NCBI GenBank assembly: GCA_947632155.1
Contig: CANROF010000002.1
Coordinates: 9,892 to 73,891 of the forward strand
Direction of reading: 5' to 3'
Source of the DNA: an uncultured Oscillospiraceae bacterium
GTDB lineage: Bacteria; Bacillota; Clostridia; Oscillospirales; Oscillospiraceae
Length of the DNA: 64,000 nt
Shown here: one piece after another, positions 61,763 through 64,000 of the stretch
How the letters are laid out: every line of letters begins with the position of its first letter
Position numbering within the stretch: position 1 is the first letter of the stretch
The notes under the pieces: generated by a model
What the model was told of the DNA's origin: nothing
Databases searched by the model: none
Seen by the model: the letters and a program-made list of their open reading frames with translations, nothing else
Made by a program: the position numbers and the translations under genes

Positions 61763-64000
61763 TCAAAAGAGGGAGATCTGGCTCGTCTCCGGCATGGAGC
61801 CCAAGGCGCCCAGGGCCTTGAGCTCGGCGATGTGGGTCTTGGAGACTTTGGGGCAGCTCGCGGAGAGCTCCTCCATGGAGACGAACTGCCCGCCCCGGCC
61901 GTGCTCAAAGAGGTCCTGGGCCGCGGACTCCCCGAGGCCGGAGATAGCCACGAAGGGCGGGCGCAGGGCGCCGTCCTCCACATTGAATTTTAACGCGTCG
62001 GACTTATACAGGTCAATAGGTAAAAAATGAAACCCGCGCTTATAGAACTCCCAGCACGCCTCCAAGGTGGTCATCAGGTCGTCGTCCTTGTCGGTGGCGT
62101 CGGGGTTGTCCTTTATGGAGCTGATGGCGGCGCGGACCTTCTCCGGGCCCTGGCACATCATGGCGGCGTCGAAGCCGCCCTTCTGGCTGCGGCGGTAAAA
62201 ATACGCCGCGTAGAACTCCAGGGGCCTGTGGACCTTGAACCAGGCGATGCGGAAGGCCATCATGACGTAGGCCACCGCGTGGGCCTTGGGGAAGAGGTAG
62301 GCGATCTTCGCCAGGGAGTCGATGTACCAGTCGGGCACGCCGTGGGCCTTCATGGCCTCCACCCAGCCCTCCTGGAAGCCGCCCTTTTTGACTCTCCCCT
62401 TTCGGACGTTTTCCATGATCTTGAAGGCCAGCTTCGGCTCCAGCCCCACGGAGATGAGGTAGAGCATGATGTCGTCGCGGCAGCCCACTGTCTCGGATAC
62501 CTTGGCCGTCCCGCTGAGTATCAGGTCCTTGGCGTTGCCCAGCCACACGTCGGTGCCGTGGGTGTAGCCGGAGATGCGGATGAGCGTGTCCATGTTCTCG
62601 GGTTTGATGTCCAGAATGACCTGGCGGGTGAAGCCGGTACCCATCTCCGGGATGCCGATGGTGCCGTTTTTCCCGATGATGGGGTCGTCGTCCGAAAGCC
62701 CCAGGGGCGCGGCGGATTTGAAGATGCCCATAGTATCCGGGTCGTCCAGGCGTATGTCGGTCCTGGCGTTGATGCCCGTCATGTCCTCCAGCATCCGGAT
62801 CATGGTGGGGTCATCGTGGCCCAGCTCGTCCAGCTTCAGGAGGTTGTCCTCCATGCAGTGGTACTCAAAATGGGTGGTGATGATGTCCGTGCCCTGGTCG
62901 TCCGCCGGGTGCTGTGCCGGGCAGAAGTCGGAGATCTCCATATCCTGGGGTATGACCACAAGTCCCCCGGGGTGCTGGCCCGTGGTGCGCTTGACGCCCA
63001 CGCAGCCCAGCGCCAGGCGCGTCTCCTCCGCCCGGTTGAAGGTCTTCCCCGTCTTCTCCATGTATTTTTTCACGTAGCCGTAGGCGGTCTTTTCCGCCAC
63101 GGTCCCGATGGTCCCGGCGCGAAAGACGTGGTCGGAGCCGAAGAGCTCGTTTGTGTACCGGTGGGCGTTGGCCTGATATTCCCCGGAGAAGTTGAGGTCG
63201 ATGTCCGGCACCTTGTCGCCGCCGAAGCCCAGGAACGTCTCAAAGGGGATGTCGAAGCCGTCCTTTTTGTACTCCGTCCCGCACACGGGGCAGAGCTTGT
63301 CCGGCATGTCCGCGCCGCAGCCGTAGCTTCCGTCGGTGACGAATTCCGTGTGCTTGCAGTTGGGGCAGCGGTAGTGGGGCGGCAGGGCGTTGACCTCGGT
63401 GATGCCGGACATGAAGGCCACGATGGAGGAGCCCACGGAGCCCCGGGAGCCCACCAGATACCCGTGGGCAAGGCTGTCCTGCACCAGCTTCTGGGCGGAC
63501 ATGTAAATGACGTCGTAGTGGCGGGACAGGATGTCGTGGAGCTCCTGCTCCACCCGGCTCGTCACGATTTCCGGCGGATCCTCCCCGTAGAGCTCGTGCA
63601 TCCGGCCGTAGACCAGGTCCTTTAATTGCTGCTCGGAGTTTTCGATCTTCGGCGGGTAGAGCGTCCCCGCCGGCGGCAGGGGGCGCACCACGTCGCACAT
63701 CTCCGCGATTTTTTGGGGATTGGTGATGACCACCTCCCGGGCTCGGTCCTCGCCGAGGTAGGAAAATTCCTCCAGCATCTCGTCGGTGGTCTTGAAATAG
63801 ATGGGCAGGTCCCGGTCCCCGTCCTCAAACTCCTTGGCGACCAAGAGCACGTGGCGGAAGATCTCGTCCTCCGGGTCCAGAAAGTGGACGTCCCCGGTGG
63901 CAACGGTGGGCTTGCCCAGGGAATCTGCCAGCTCCAGCACACGCAGGTTAAAGTCCCGCAGGTCCTCCACGCTCCCGGCCTTGGGCCGCTCGCCCCGGAG
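61763..64000 (-). CDS. polC: DNA polymerase III PolC-type, C-terminal part (5' end beyond window)
   Basis: The frame stays open to nt 64000, so the GTG at 63970 is internal. Zn-finger region CPNCKHTEF..CPVCG and a typical PolC C-terminus. Confidence 0.95.
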   Translation of the reverse strand, partial: LRGERPKAGSVEDLRDFNLRVLELADSLGKPTVATGDVHFLDPEDEIFRHVLLVAKEFEDGDRDLPIYFKTTDEMLEEFSYLGEDRAREVVITNPQKIAEMCDVVRPLPPAGTLYPPKIENSEQQLKDLVYGRMHELYGEDPPEIVTSRVEQELHDILSRHYDVIYMSAQKLVQDSLAHGYLVGSRGSVGSSIVAFMSGITEVNALPPHYRCPNCKHTEFVTDGSYGCGADMPDKLCPVCGTEYKKDGFDIPFETFLGFGGDKVPDIDLNFSGEYQANAHRYTNELFGSDHVFRAGTIGTVAEKTAYGYVKKYMEKTGKTFNRAEETRLALGCVGVKRTTGQHPGGLVVIPQDMEISDFCPAQHPADDQGTDIITTHFEYHCMEDNLLKLDELGHDDPTMIRMLEDMTGINARTDIRLDDPDTMGIFKSAAPLGLSDDDPIIGKNGTIGIPEMGTGFTRQVILDIKPENMDTLIRISGYTHGTDVWLGNAKDLILSGTAKVSETVGCRDDIMLYLISVGLEPKLAFKIMENVRKGRVKKGGFQEGWVEAMKAHGVPDWYIDSLAKIAYLFPKAHAVAYVMMAFRIAWFKVHRPLEFYAAYFYRRSQKGGFDAAMMCQGPEKVRAAISSIKDNPDATDKDDDLMTTLEACWEFYKRGFHFLPIDLYKSDALKFNVEDGALRPPFVAISGLGESAAQDLFEHGRGGQFVSMEELSASCPKVSKTHIAELKALGALGSMPETSQISLF

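Overview
GC-rich Firmicutes/Clostridia-type core chromosome. The taxon is inferred from PolC and from Gram-positive gene neighbourhoods: dprA-topA-trmFO, plsX-rnc ... smc-ftsY, yhbY-nadD/yqeK ... rsfS-leuS, and groES-groEL with a CIRCE operator. I call 49 CDS, two of them cut by the window edges, mostly on the minus strand. Several starts were moved relative to the ORF track using RBS, promoter and terminator evidence. I saw no rRNA, tRNA, CRISPR array, transposase, integrase or recognisable defence island. The features worth a second look are mostly non-coding or architectural. (1) An unannotated type I toxin-antitoxin-like cassette at 11818-12226: a 34-aa hydrophobic peptide, a leader that sequesters its SD, and a convergent antisense sRNA with a perfect consensus promoter. 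(2) A 161-bp AT-ended foldback MITE family with 6 full copies and 1 remnant in 64 kb. It includes a nested insertion, and several copies abut or supply stop codons. (3) A second ~190-nt modular intergenic repeat family (3 copies). Its linkers are conserved, while its hairpin stems differ between copies yet stay base-paired. (4) Two fused genes: DapF-MurE and NadD-YqeK. (5) A cluster of two hybrid histidine kinases plus an HD-GYP-like protein with substituted catalytic and receiver residues. (6) Repeat-tailed LCP paralogues and a Ser/Thr kinase with three YARHG modules. The many long ORFs opposite conserved genes are GC-content artefacts. All homology calls rest on motif recognition by eye; no database search was run.
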